The notes beneath the pieces were generated by a model. It saw nothing but the letters and a program-made list of their open reading frames with translations, searched no databases and was not told the DNA's origin. The translations under genes were made by a program, and so were the position numbers. A DNA stretch of 12,075 nt from Thermoplasmata archaeon (GTDB lineage Archaea > Thermoplasmatota > Thermoplasmata > Lutacidiplasmatales > UBA184). The stretch covers positions 1-12,075 of the forward strand of contig JAGWLG010000053.1 of NCBI GenBank assembly GCA_028864975.1, given 5' to 3'. Every line of letters starts with the position of its first letter. Position 1 is the stretch's first letter. Positions 1-8,058 of the stretch are shown piece after piece.

Positions 1-68
1 GGGTTACCGAACATCTCCTTCGCGCCCCAGGAGAAGAGCGCGTCGCAGAGGGCGCGCGCGACCTTCAC
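1..68 (-). CDS. 5' fragment of a probable ThDP (TPP)-dependent enzyme, benzoylformate decarboxylase/acetolactate synthase-like; continues beyond the left edge
   Basis: Not in the ORF track. GTG at 68-66 overlaps the dehydrogenase stop (GTGA), with GAGGT RBS at 79-75. Translates MKVARALCDALFSWGAKEMFGNP; the ..L...G....FGNP pattern matches the N-terminus of ThDP enzymes (MdlC-type VFGNPG). Only 22 full codons are visible. Confidence 0.6.
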   Translation of the reverse strand, partial: MKVARALCDALFSWGAKEMFGN

Positions 69-1009
69 GCCTTGACCTCGTACAGGGGGTCCTTGCCGGA
101 GGCGAAGCGCAGCACATTGCGGAGCGCCTCGGTCAGAAGCCGTTCTTGCGCCTCGAGGGTGACCCCTGCGCTGTGCGGCGTGAAGACCGTCGCCGGGTAC
201 TTGAACAGGTCATCCTGGAAGTTCGGAGGCTCCTCGGGATAAACGTCCAGAGCGGCGCGGATCCTCCCCTTTCCCAGCTCCTGCTTGAGCGCCACGAGGT
301 CGACGAGCTCGGACCGGGCGGTGTTGACCAGGATCGCGTCATCTTTCATGGATGCGAGCTCCTTCGCACCGAGAATGCCCTTGGTCTCGGAGGAGAGGGG
401 GAGATGGAGCGAAATGATGTCGCTCGAGGCGACGAGCTCGGGCAGCTCGACATAGGTCAGCCCGAGCGTGCGCTCCTCGTCCTCCTTCAGACGGAACTTG
501 TCGTAGTAGATCACCGAAACCTCGAAGGGGATCAGGCGCCGTGCGACCTCCTTACCGATCCTCCCCGATCCGACAATGCCGAAGACCTTCCCGGCGAGGT
601 CGTGGCCTCCGGTGAGCGGCGGCCAGAACCCTTCGCGCATCCCCTTGTCGATGTTCCCGAGGTCCCGTAGAAGGGCGAGGGTGACCATGATCACATGCTC
701 GGCGACGCTTTTCGCGTTCGCACCCTGGACGTTGGAGACGCGGATGCCACGTTTCTGGCAGAGTTCAAGCGGGACGTTGTTGTAGCCGGTCCCCGCCACC
801 TGGAGGAATCTGAGCTTGGGATAGCGCCCGAGCGCTTCTTCGGGGATTGGAGTGAAGGGCGTCAGCGCGAGGATCTCCACCTCCGACATGGGCCCAGGCC
901 CGTCGTCGACCAGCTCTCCTGCGACCTGGACTCCGGGGACGACCGCCTGCAACCGGCTCTTGACCATGTCGACGTCGATGAACGACGGAACGACCGCTCG
1001 GACCTTCAT
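65..1009 (-). CDS. D-isomer-specific 2-hydroxyacid dehydrogenase (NAD-dependent, GyaR/SerA-like family)
   Basis: AGTGYNNV, NAKSVAEH, Rossmann GIVGSGRIG with acidic YYD (NAD preference), catalytic Arg (VNTAR), Glu (DVYPEEP) and His (TPHSAG). Confidence 0.92.
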   Translation of the reverse strand: MKVRAVVPSFIDVDMVKSRLQAVVPGVQVAGELVDDGPGPMSEVEILALTPFTPIPEEALGRYPKLRFLQVAGTGYNNVPLELCQKRGIRVSNVQGANAKSVAEHVIMVTLALLRDLGNIDKGMREGFWPPLTGGHDLAGKVFGIVGSGRIGKEVARRLIPFEVSVIYYDKFRLKEDEERTLGLTYVELPELVASSDIISLHLPLSSETKGILGAKELASMKDDAILVNTARSELVDLVALKQELGKGRIRAALDVYPEEPPNFQDDLFKYPATVFTPHSAGVTLEAQERLLTEALRNVLRFASGKDPLYEVKA

Positions 1010-1042
1010 CGGTCCCGGCGAGGAGCAGGTCCCCTAAGAAGG

Positions 1043-1115
1043 TGGGCCCGGTCGGATTCGAACCGACGACCAACCGGTTATGAGCCGGACGCTCTCGCCA
1101 CTAAGCTACGGGCCC
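1043..1115 (-). tRNA. tRNA with CAT anticodon, most likely tRNA-Ile2(CAU) rather than Met
   Basis: Cloverleaf GGGCCCG TA GCTT AGTGGCGA GAGC G TCCGG CT-CAT-AA CCGGT TGGTC GTCGG TTCGAAT CCGAC CGGGCCC A. Anticodon at 1082-1080; full CCA not encoded (ACC then T). The G1G2G3C4 acceptor with A73 is Ile-like; the archaeal initiator has A1-U72. Confidence 0.9.
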
Positions 1116-1139
1116 TGGGGGGCCCAGAGCCTTCCCCCA

Positions 1140-1147
1140 TTTGAATA
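1140..1147 (-). promoter_or_regulatory. Putative TATA box of the CAU tRNA
   Basis: TATTCAAA on the minus strand, 25-32 nt upstream of tRNA position 1, in GC-rich context. Confidence 0.5.
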
Positions 1148-1169
1148 GGGGCGCCGTGGATACTTTGGT

Positions 1170-1613
1170 CTAGAAAGCACGGCTCACGGGAGTGGCGACC
1201 TTGACCGACATCGTCTCCTTTTCGGCGGAGCTCTTCTCCCCGATGGCCTCGCGTGCCAGGTCAGGGTGGTGCTCAAGCACGCCCTCCCACTCAGGGTAAG
1301 CTTCCAAGTGGGCCATCTTGGGTCGAGCGTCTCTTCGAGAGAAGAGCACGGCGTGGACCGCGAAGTGGGGGGTGCCTTCGAGACGGTACAATGCCCTGAC
1401 CACGTACATCGAGGGCTGAGAGCGGATCCTCCAGAACGTCCGAGTGCCCTCGGAACGGCTCTCCGCGAGCTTCTGACCCTGATAGACCAGCTCGTGGAAC
1501 GCGGTCCCGTCGGAAGCGAACGGACCCACCGCCAGCTTGAGCTCGCCGATGGTGGGGGAGCCCGGGGTCACTCGAGGGCCGCGGTGAAGGGGCGAGTGGA
1601 CTGCCGGCGACAT
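1170..1613 (-). CDS. Hypothetical protein, 147 aa (start moved to MSPAVH at 1613)
   Basis: The track ORF 1170..1793 overlaps the phoU 3' end and an AT-rich regulatory patch. ATG at 1613 gives a non-overlapping, globular-looking sequence (GELKLAVGPF...WRIRSQPSMYVVRALYRLEG...FAVHAVLF). No family recognised. Confidence 0.6.
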   Translation of the reverse strand: MSPAVHSPLHRGPRVTPGSPTIGELKLAVGPFASDGTAFHELVYQGQKLAESRSEGTRTFWRIRSQPSMYVVRALYRLEGTPHFAVHAVLFSRRDARPKMAHLEAYPEWEGVLEHHPDLAREAIGEKSSAEKETMSVKVATPVSRAF

Positions 1614-1662
1614 GCGTCTAACCGACCGACCGCGAGGGCGGCCTTCAAGGCTCTGAGTTGAC

Positions 1663-1682
1663 ACTATATAGTAGAATATAGT
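1663..1682. promoter_or_regulatory. 20-bp operator-like motif, copy A
   Basis: ACTATATAGTAGAATATAGT (ACTAT-N10-ATAGT). 14/20 positions are invariant across this copy and those at 7846-7865 and 8059-8078. 50 bp from the ATG at 1613. Confidence 0.65.
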
Positions 1683-1701
1683 GGAACTGCTGTAACCAAG
1701 T

Positions 1702-2415
1702 TTACGAGGTATCCTGCTCCCGCAGGGCCTTCGTCGGGAGGATACCACGTCCCGGCCCTTCCCCCGTGACCATGTACACGACCCGGTGCCCAATGTTCAC
1801 TGCGTGGTCCGCGATCCGCTCCAGGTGACGGTTGACGAGGACGAGGTGGGCCCCGACCTCCGGATCGAGCGTGCGGTCCTTCATCGCTTGCACGAGCTCC
1901 TTGAAGACCTTGTCGTGGAGGTCGTCCACGGAGTCGTCGAACTTCGAGATGTCTTTGACCGACTCGGCGTCGCGGGTCGTGAAGGCTCGGATCGCGGTGT
2001 CCAGCATGTGGATCGTGAGGTCACCCATCCGGATCAGGTCCGCCAGTTGAGGGTGATCCCCCATCTCCAGCTTTCGCAGCCCCTCTTCGGCCTCGGTGAT
2101 ATCGCGAGCGTACCGACCGACCCGGTCAAGGTCGGTGGTGATCCCCAAGCAGGTTGTGATGGTCCGCAGGTCCTTCGCGACCGGGGCGTGGAGGGCGATC
2201 AGGTCGACGCAGGTCTTCTCGACCGCCAGCTGGAGTCCGTAGATCTCCTTGTCCAGCGTCGCAACCTCCTCGGCCTCCGCGGCCTCCTTGCGATGAAGGT
2301 CATCCATCGCCTTTCGGATGGCAAGCTCCGCAAGGTCGGCGAGCGTCCGGACATCCTCGTTCAACCTGTCCAGTCCTTGTGCGAGTGCCTTTCGTTGGAC
2401 CCCCGTGCTCTTCAT
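1702..2415 (-). CDS. phoU: Phosphate signalling complex protein PhoU
   Basis: Two PhoU repeats ([25 protein letters not shown]; [28 protein letters not shown]). ATGA overlap with pstB; GGGGAGGT RBS at 2427-2420. Confidence 0.95.
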   Translation of the reverse strand: MKSTGVQRKALAQGLDRLNEDVRTLADLAELAIRKAMDDLHRKEAAEAEEVATLDKEIYGLQLAVEKTCVDLIALHAPVAKDLRTITTCLGITTDLDRVGRYARDITEAEEGLRKLEMGDHPQLADLIRMGDLTIHMLDTAIRAFTTRDAESVKDISKFDDSVDDLHDKVFKELVQAMKDRTLDPEVGAHLVLVNRHLERIADHAVNIGHRVVYMVTGEGPGRGILPTKALREQDTS

Positions 2416-3368
2416 CCGAACCTCCCCGTGATGTAGTTCTCCGTCAACTTCTCCCGTGGCTGTTCGAAGATACGCTTGGTCGAGTCGAACTCGATCAGAC
2501 GACCCTGGTACATGAACGCCGTGAGATCCGCGACACGCGCAGCCTGCTGCATGTTGTGCGTAACGATGACGACGGTGTAGTCGTTCTTGAGCTCGAAGAT
2601 CAGGTCCTCGACCCGTTGGGTCCCGACCGGGTCCAGGCTGGACGTGGGTTCGTCCATCAGGAGCACCCGAGGGCTGACGGCCAGGGCCCTGGCGATGCAG
2701 AGACGCTGCTGTTGACCCCCCGACAGGGTCAGAGCCGGTAGGTCGAGCGACCCCTTCACCTCGTCCCAGAGACCGGTCCGGTGGAGGGCGGAGACCACCG
2801 TCTTTTCGATGACCTCCTCGGACTCGCCATCCAGGCGCAGGCCGAAAGCCACGTTCTCGTAGACCGAGGTGGGGAATACCGTCGGGCGCTGGAAGACCAT
2901 GCCGATCCTACGCCGTACCAGGACGGGGTTCACCTGAGCGTCATAGATGTCGCGCCCCTGGTAGAGGACCTTACCCTTGACCCGAAGGGCGTGCAGTTCC
3001 ACCATCCGGTTCATCGAGCGCAGAAGGGTCGTCTTCCCGCACCCCGAGGGCCCGATGATGGCGGTGACCTTGCCTTCAGGGATGTCCAGGCTCACGTCAC
3101 TGATGAGTGGCTTGGCCTTCGCGAGGACGGAAAGTCCCTGGACCGAGAGAATCCCCCCCGCGCTCCCTGGTCGCGCGACCGACGAGACCGGCGGGGCCGA
3201 CTCCGAGGTCCCGACCGGGAGCGTGGTGCCACAGAAGGAGCAGCGGAAGGGCCCGGAGGGGAAGCCGGGCGGTACAGACGTCCCACACTTTGGGCAGAGA
3301 AGGACCGAGACCTCCTTCGTTGGAGCGGCCGAGGCGACATGCACCGGCGCTCGCCGATCCGGGCTCAT
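2412..3368 (-). CDS. pstB: Phosphate ABC transporter ATPase PstB with an N-terminal C4 zinc-ribbon extension
   Basis: Walker [28 protein letters not shown], signature [15 protein letters not shown], Walker [23 protein letters not shown] and terminal YITGRFG. ATGA overlap with pstA. Confidence 0.97.
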   Translation of the reverse strand: MSPDRRAPVHVASAAPTKEVSVLLCPKCGTSVPPGFPSGPFRCSFCGTTLPVGTSESAPPVSSVARPGSAGGILSVQGLSVLAKAKPLISDVSLDIPEGKVTAIIGPSGCGKTTLLRSMNRMVELHALRVKGKVLYQGRDIYDAQVNPVLVRRRIGMVFQRPTVFPTSVYENVAFGLRLDGESEEVIEKTVVSALHRTGLWDEVKGSLDLPALTLSGGQQQRLCIARALAVSPRVLLMDEPTSSLDPVGTQRVEDLIFELKNDYTVVIVTHNMQQAARVADLTAFMYQGRLIEFDSTKRIFEQPREKLTENYITGRFG

Positions 3369-4264
3369 TCGTAGATCCCCGCGAGGCGCTGCCGGTACCG
3401 ATCAGAGAGTACCTGGACCACGATGTTGATTACGAGCACGATGACGATGAGGAGGAAGGCGGCCTGGAACGCCAACGTCAAGAAGGTCCCGTACGACCTC
3501 GGGAAGTCGTAGAATGCCCAAATCCCTCCGGTCAGGAAGGCCGTAGGCTGCATGAGGTTCTGGACCGGTGTCGAACTCCAGCCCGCGGTGTAGACCAGCG
3601 GAGCTGCCTCTCCGAGCCCCAACGCCATGGCGAAGAAGATCCCCGTGAGGATCGTCGGAAAGGCGATCGGGAACGCGACGCGACGCAAGTACTGGATCCG
3701 ATTGGAACCCAACGCGAGGGAAGCTTCGCGTTGGCTCGGGGGGACGTTCGAGAGGGCGATGTCGGTGGTACGGAAGATGTACGGCAGCATGAAAATGCCG
3801 AGGATGATCCCTCCAGCGAGGGTCGTGAACCCCCAGTGGGTATAGAGGACGAGGGCGTAGTAGCCGAAGTATCCCAGGACGATCGCCGGAACGCCCGCGA
3901 GCACGTTGCCCGCCAACCGCGCGAGCCTTCGGACGGGGGGCGGGGCGAACTCCGCGGTGTAGAACCCGGCGGAGATGCCTAGTCCTGCTGCGATCGCCGT
4001 TCCGAGCGAGATCAACACCAGCGTCCCCACGATCATGGCGTAGAGGCCGCCGCTCTCCCCCACCTGATTCTCTGTCAGGACCGACCAGGACATGGTGGGG
4101 AGAGCATAGGACGAGACCCACCCGACGAGGTCGAAAAGGGGGAAGAGCACGGCGACAAAGGCGAGAAGCAGGACCCACCCAATGACCCGATCGAAGAGGA
4201 TCCTGCGCCGCAGACGTCCTGACGTTGGAACCAGGTCGCTCCCGAAGCTCGCTGGAGTCTTCAT
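3365..4264 (-). CDS. pstA: Phosphate ABC transporter permease PstA
   Basis: [32 protein letters not shown] (EAA loop), [13 protein letters not shown] overlap with pstC; GGAGGTG RBS at 4275-4269. Confidence 0.93.
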   Translation of the reverse strand: MKTPASFGSDLVPTSGRLRRRILFDRVIGWVLLLAFVAVLFPLFDLVGWVSSYALPTMSWSVLTENQVGESGGLYAMIVGTLVLISLGTAIAAGLGISAGFYTAEFAPPPVRRLARLAGNVLAGVPAIVLGYFGYYALVLYTHWGFTTLAGGIILGIFMLPYIFRTTDIALSNVPPSQREASLALGSNRIQYLRRVAFPIAFPTILTGIFFAMALGLGEAAPLVYTAGWSSTPVQNLMQPTAFLTGGIWAFYDFPRSYGTFLTLAFQAAFLLIVIVLVINIVVQVLSDRYRQRLAGIYE

Positions 4265-5283
4265 CCCCCACCTCCGAGAGTTGTCGCGGTCGCAAGCTCG
4301 ACCCGGGTGAAGCGCTGGGCGACCAGATTGACCACGACCGCTATACCGAGCAGAACGAGGGAGAATTCCACCAAGAGGATGAAGAGGTCCGGATAGAGCA
4401 GTGCACTGTCCAGCTGGGAGAAGATGAACGAGGCCACAGTCGTGCTCGACGCGTACAGGCTCGGAGGGAGTGCAATGGAGGTCCCACCGATGACCATCGC
4501 GACGGCGACGCTTTCCCCCAGCGCCCGACCAAAGCCTAGCAGGACGGCGCTCCAGAGGCCGTTGCGGGCGACACGCATGCGGACCCGGCGCACGACTTCC
4601 CAGCGGGTCGCCCCGAGAGCGAGCCCGGCCTCGACGAGCTCTCGGGGGACGCTGCGCAAGGACTCACGCATCAGGGCGGTCGTCAGCGGGATGATCATGA
4701 TCGTGAGGATGAATACCGCGAGGAGCGTCCCCCATGGACCAATCGCAGAGTCCGGTCCCCCGAAGCCCGGAAGCCATCCCAACACGTCCTTCAAGGAGGG
4801 CTCGAGGGCCATTCCGAAGTACGGCGCGAGGACCACGAAGCCCCAGATGCCGTAGATCACGCTCGGGATCCCGGCGAGGAGATTGGTCACCATGGACAGC
4901 AAGCGGCCGGGAAGGGGAGGAAGATAGACCACCGAGGAAATGGCGAGGGCGAGGCTCAGCAGGGTAGCCAGGACCAGCGAGAGGCCGGCCGTGAGGAACG
5001 TCCCCACCAGGAAGACCCCGATCCCCCAGCTCGATGCCTCAGGCTCTCCTGGCACGAAGCGGTACTGGAACCCCCAGAACGTCCAGCCGAAGTCCTTGAG
5101 CCCACTCGCGATGACCAGTACCGCGATTACGGCCCCAAGCACCACGAGGGGGATCATCGCGACGGGACTTCCCAGCCATGACGCTATGGCAGAGGAGGGC
5201 TCGCGATCTTGTTTCGAAGAAGATGGTGGGGGCGAGGAGTTCCCCGCCCCCTCGGGAAAGGGTTGATCGATCGGCGCGCTCAA
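4261..5283 (-). CDS. pstC: Phosphate ABC transporter permease PstC (TTG start)
   Basis: LLAGIPSVIYGIWG, IMIIP..LRSVPRELVEAGLALGATRWE, LGFGRALGESVAVAMVIG. GGAGGT at 5300-5295. Exact start uncertain. Confidence 0.93.
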   Translation of the reverse strand: MSAPIDQPFPEGAGNSSPPPSSSKQDREPSSAIASWLGSPVAMIPLVVLGAVIAVLVIASGLKDFGWTFWGFQYRFVPGEPEASSWGIGVFLVGTFLTAGLSLVLATLLSLALAISSVVYLPPLPGRLLSMVTNLLAGIPSVIYGIWGFVVLAPYFGMALEPSLKDVLGWLPGFGGPDSAIGPWGTLLAVFILTIMIIPLTTALMRESLRSVPRELVEAGLALGATRWEVVRRVRMRVARNGLWSAVLLGFGRALGESVAVAMVIGGTSIALPPSLYASSTTVASFIFSQLDSALLYPDLFILLVEFSLVLLGIAVVVNLVAQRFTRVELATATTLGGGG

Positions 5284-5310
5284 GCCTGGTACTGACCTCC
5301 GCTCATCCTA

Positions 5311-6555
5311 TCAGTTGCTGATCGGGACCGCCTCCAGAGCCTGCGTGTCGTACCCTATGACGGCCGCGGTCAGGGGCAGGAACGAGACCTTGGACGCGTA
5401 CGCCCCACCATAGGCCAACGCCCACTCGAGGAAGGTCACGACGTCCTTCATGTGGGACTGGCTCGCTGGCGAGGAAGATATTAGCAGATACTCGAGGTTC
5501 GTGTCCGGGTAGGGGGACGGATAGGCCGAACTGGCGAGGGTACCCCCTGCGCCGAGGACGAGGTTCGTCGCTCCGGGAACCCCTCCCAGGATGAGACTGA
5601 TGGCGACGCTGGGAGGCTGCAGGTTCTGCAGGCCGAGATTGGCGTCCTGGCTGACCGTGTAGGCAGAAGGCAGGATGTAGTTCTGCTGGCCGGCCCCGCC
5701 CGAGCCAACCACCCCGTTCACGTTCGCGTTCTGATCGCCGAGGGCGGCGTAGGCCAGACCGGCCGTCGCGTTGATCTGCGTGAGGTAGCTGATGCCGATG
5801 TACGCCACCCCATACTGTGTGTTCCCCAGGAGGGTGACCATCCCGGAGTTCCCCGTGGCGGACGGCCCCACCGGCCAGGTAATCGTCGTGCCGTAGTTCT
5901 GGCCCCACCCCTTCCAGGAGAGGAAGCACAGCGAGCTGAACATGAACGTGTCTCCGCTGCCATCCGCCCGATGAATCGGCACGATCGCGTTCGACGGGAG
6001 CGTGACGCCAGGGTTGGCGGCCTGGATGAGCGGGTCGTTCCAGTGGGTGATTGCGCCCTGGTAGATCATCGCCAGAACCGACCCATTGAGGTTCAGGTGG
6101 GACGAGATGCCCGGGAGATTGTAAACGACCAACTGGGACGAGATAGCGATCGGGAAGTTGACCAGATTGTGCGAGGTCGCTGTGCTCGGGATCAGGTAGG
6201 CGTCCGTGCCGCCCATGTCGACCGTCCCGGCCTCGGCAGAGCTGATGCCGGTCCCGCTTCCCGTGCTCGCGGGTGAGAGCGCGATGTTAGGGTATACGGC
6301 AGTAAACGCTGGCGATAGGACCTGCAGGTACGGATAGATCAGCGAAGATCCGGTCTCAGAGATTGTAGTTGTCTTGGCCCCACCCGTTGAGTTGGGCATG
6401 GCGTACTTGGTGATGGCATACCCCGCCCCTATGCCCACGATCAGGAGCAGGACCCCCAGCCCGAGGGCTGCGCCCTTGGACATCGTGGAGCTCTTTCTCC
6501 GGACCGTTCCCCCGGAGAGGTCATCGTTCGGTCGGGTGGCTTGGCTGCTGGTCAT
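5311..6555 (-). CDS. pstS: Phosphate-binding protein PstS with N-terminal membrane anchor
   Basis: Hydrophobic segment GAALGLGVLLLIVGIGAGYAIT, then ETGSSLIYP, STGSGTGI, IYQGAITHWNDP, HRADGSGDT. AAGGAGG RBS at 6571-6565. Confidence 0.95.
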   Translation of the reverse strand: MTSSQATRPNDDLSGGTVRRKSSTMSKGAALGLGVLLLIVGIGAGYAITKYAMPNSTGGAKTTTISETGSSLIYPYLQVLSPAFTAVYPNIALSPASTGSGTGISSAEAGTVDMGGTDAYLIPSTATSHNLVNFPIAISSQLVVYNLPGISSHLNLNGSVLAMIYQGAITHWNDPLIQAANPGVTLPSNAIVPIHRADGSGDTFMFSSLCFLSWKGWGQNYGTTITWPVGPSATGNSGMVTLLGNTQYGVAYIGISYLTQINATAGLAYAALGDQNANVNGVVGSGGAGQQNYILPSAYTVSQDANLGLQNLQPPSVAISLILGGVPGATNLVLGAGGTLASSAYPSPYPDTNLEYLLISSSPASQSHMKDVVTFLEWALAYGGAYASKVSFLPLTAAVIGYDTQALEAVPISN

Positions 6556-6580
6556 GCGTTCTTTCCTCCTTGGTTTGGGA

Positions 6581-7792
6581 TCATGGTATGCCCTGGGATC
6601 CTAGGTGGCCGCCTTTCTGGGCCCGTCCAGACGTGGCAAAGGGAGGCGATCGTTGGAGAGCAGAAGGTCGTGGGACATCCGTACCCCTTCCGCCCGGGAC
6701 GTGCACCCATTCGAGGGCAGCCCGATCGAGGCAGAGTTCGGCGATGTCCGCAACGTAGGCTGCCGAGCGATCGATGGAATCCAGGACCTGTGCGATCCAC
6801 GCCGCGGTGAGAGGTGGGATCTGCGACGGGGCCTTCCGCGAGAGAAGATTCTGGAGCAGGGCCATGTGGCTTGCGTGAAGCGATCCTGCGGTGTCCGCGA
6901 TCTCGTTCGAGGCTTGCGCGTCGGGCCGGCTGATCAAGGGGATGGCCCGTTCTAGAAGCTCCAACACCTGTCCATAGAACTCGACGACCGAGGGAAGGCG
7001 AGGGGGATGGGAGCCTGTTCGAGGAAGGCTGGCAGAGGCCCGTCCGATTCGGACCGCGTGGTCGCCAATCCGCTCGAGGGCACGAGACGTCGCGAGAAGA
7101 TGCAGAGCGGACGATGCACCATTCGGGAGGATGGTCTCCGCTGGCTCGCGCAGGAATTGGGCGGCGAGCGTTCGATGGAGGCGCCACTCCAGCCGGTCGA
7201 TCTCGTCGTCCTGACCCTCCCAGTACGAGTCGTCCTCCGTCGTAGGAGCTTGCGTAAGGCACTCTCTCGCACGCGACTGAAGCTCGAGCACCCCCCGAGC
7301 CATTCGTACGACGACGGCGACCGGGTCCGATGGGCCGTCTCCCGAGATGTCGCGGAGCGAGATGGCCGAGGATCCCTCCGAGACCACCTCCATTCGTCCG
7401 CTTCGTCGAGCGAACTCACGGACCGTTCTCGTGGCCTCCTTGGACAACCCGCTTGGGAAGGTCAGGACCAGGTCGGTGGTGCCTGTGAGATATGCTGCAA
7501 CCAGACATCGAAAGAGATGCTCGAGCGGCTCCGACCCACCCACGTGCAGGGCGGCCTCCCAGCCTTTCCCACTCGCTCGCACGTCCTCTAGGAGCAGTCG
7601 GCCAGGCCCGGCGTCGTGTACTCGGAGGCTGCCCCCCTGTTCGAGTCCGTTGCTACGGATCCACACGCGGGGAATCGAAACCACAACTTCGCCCTTTCCC
7701 GAGCGACGCAGATGCCTTACGACCTCCCGGCCCCCTCCTTCGATTCCCGCTCGGGGCTCTGAGGGCACCTCGACCATCATCTCGCTCCACAT
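6581..7792 (-). CDS. Archaeal phosphate-uptake regulator: N-terminal AbrB/SpoVT DNA-binding domain plus two PhoU-like domains (COG0704-type)
   Basis: RHLRRSGKGEVVVSIPRVWIRSNGLEQG (AbrB-like), CLVAAYLTG, QDDEIDRLEW, ALERIGDHAVRIG, IDRSAAYVADIAE. The start may be 7780 (GGAG at 7788-7785). Confidence 0.88.
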   Translation of the reverse strand: MWSEMMVEVPSEPRAGIEGGGREVVRHLRRSGKGEVVVSIPRVWIRSNGLEQGGSLRVHDAGPGRLLLEDVRASGKGWEAALHVGGSEPLEHLFRCLVAAYLTGTTDLVLTFPSGLSKEATRTVREFARRSGRMEVVSEGSSAISLRDISGDGPSDPVAVVVRMARGVLELQSRARECLTQAPTTEDDSYWEGQDDEIDRLEWRLHRTLAAQFLREPAETILPNGASSALHLLATSRALERIGDHAVRIGRASASLPRTGSHPPRLPSVVEFYGQVLELLERAIPLISRPDAQASNEIADTAGSLHASHMALLQNLLSRKAPSQIPPLTAAWIAQVLDSIDRSAAYVADIAELCLDRAALEWVHVPGGRGTDVPRPSALQRSPPFATSGRAQKGGHLGSQGIP

Positions 7793-7822
7793 GGCGCGGT
7801 CGAGTGGGCGAGCTTCCCATTG

Positions 7823-7831
7823 AAATATATA
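7823..7831 (-). promoter_or_regulatory. TATA box of the regulator-pst operon
   Basis: TATATATTT on the minus strand, 31-39 nt upstream of ATG 7792. Confidence 0.6.
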
Positions 7832-7845
7832 GAATAAGACAGTAG

Positions 7846-7865
7846 ACTATAGTCCACCACATAGA
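7846..7865. promoter_or_regulatory. 20-bp operator-like motif, copy B
   Basis: The minus strand reads TCTATGTGGTGGACTATAGT; 14 bp upstream of the TATA box. Confidence 0.7.
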
Positions 7866-8058
7866 TGCTTAGGTATGCGAGACCGACCGGGAACCAGCTC
7901 GAGAGGGTAGGACATCGATACGAAAGGACTCGACCCCCCTCGTCCTTTCAACCGAAGCCCACCACGGTGTCCCCGGGCCAATCGGGCATCCTCGGCCACA
8001 CACGGGAGATCGGGCCCTCACTTCTCGACGTCGGGGCGGGGAGTGAACCAAATGTATG

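Noticed and set aside
65-1009. Dehydrogenase as phosphite dehydrogenase PtxD (same family, next to a phosphate locus) or as formate dehydrogenase
   Set aside because: It has AGTGYNN where PtxD has the Lys-bearing LKGFDN, and it keeps the catalytic Glu (YPEEP) where FDH has Gln (PQP). No candidate phosphate box lies upstream.
1110-1125. GGGCCC-N4-GGGCCC at the tRNA 5' end, which could compete with the acceptor stem
   Set aside because: TATA spacing puts the TSS inside or after the upstream copy; short GC palindromes are expected at this GC content.
1614-1793. N-terminal 60 aa of track ORF 1170..1793
   Set aside because: Overlaps the phoU coding end and the AT-rich motif; Arg/Ser-rich, non-protein-like composition.
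2100-2140. PhoU repeat 1 reads DRVGRY instead of ERIGD
   Set aside because: I recall similar GRY variants in other archaeal PhoU proteins, and repeat 2 is canonical, so this is no evidence of novelty without an alignment.
3310-3317. Strong AAGGAGGT inside the pstB 5' region, suggesting an internal start
   Set aside because: No ATG/GTG/TTG follows at a usable distance.
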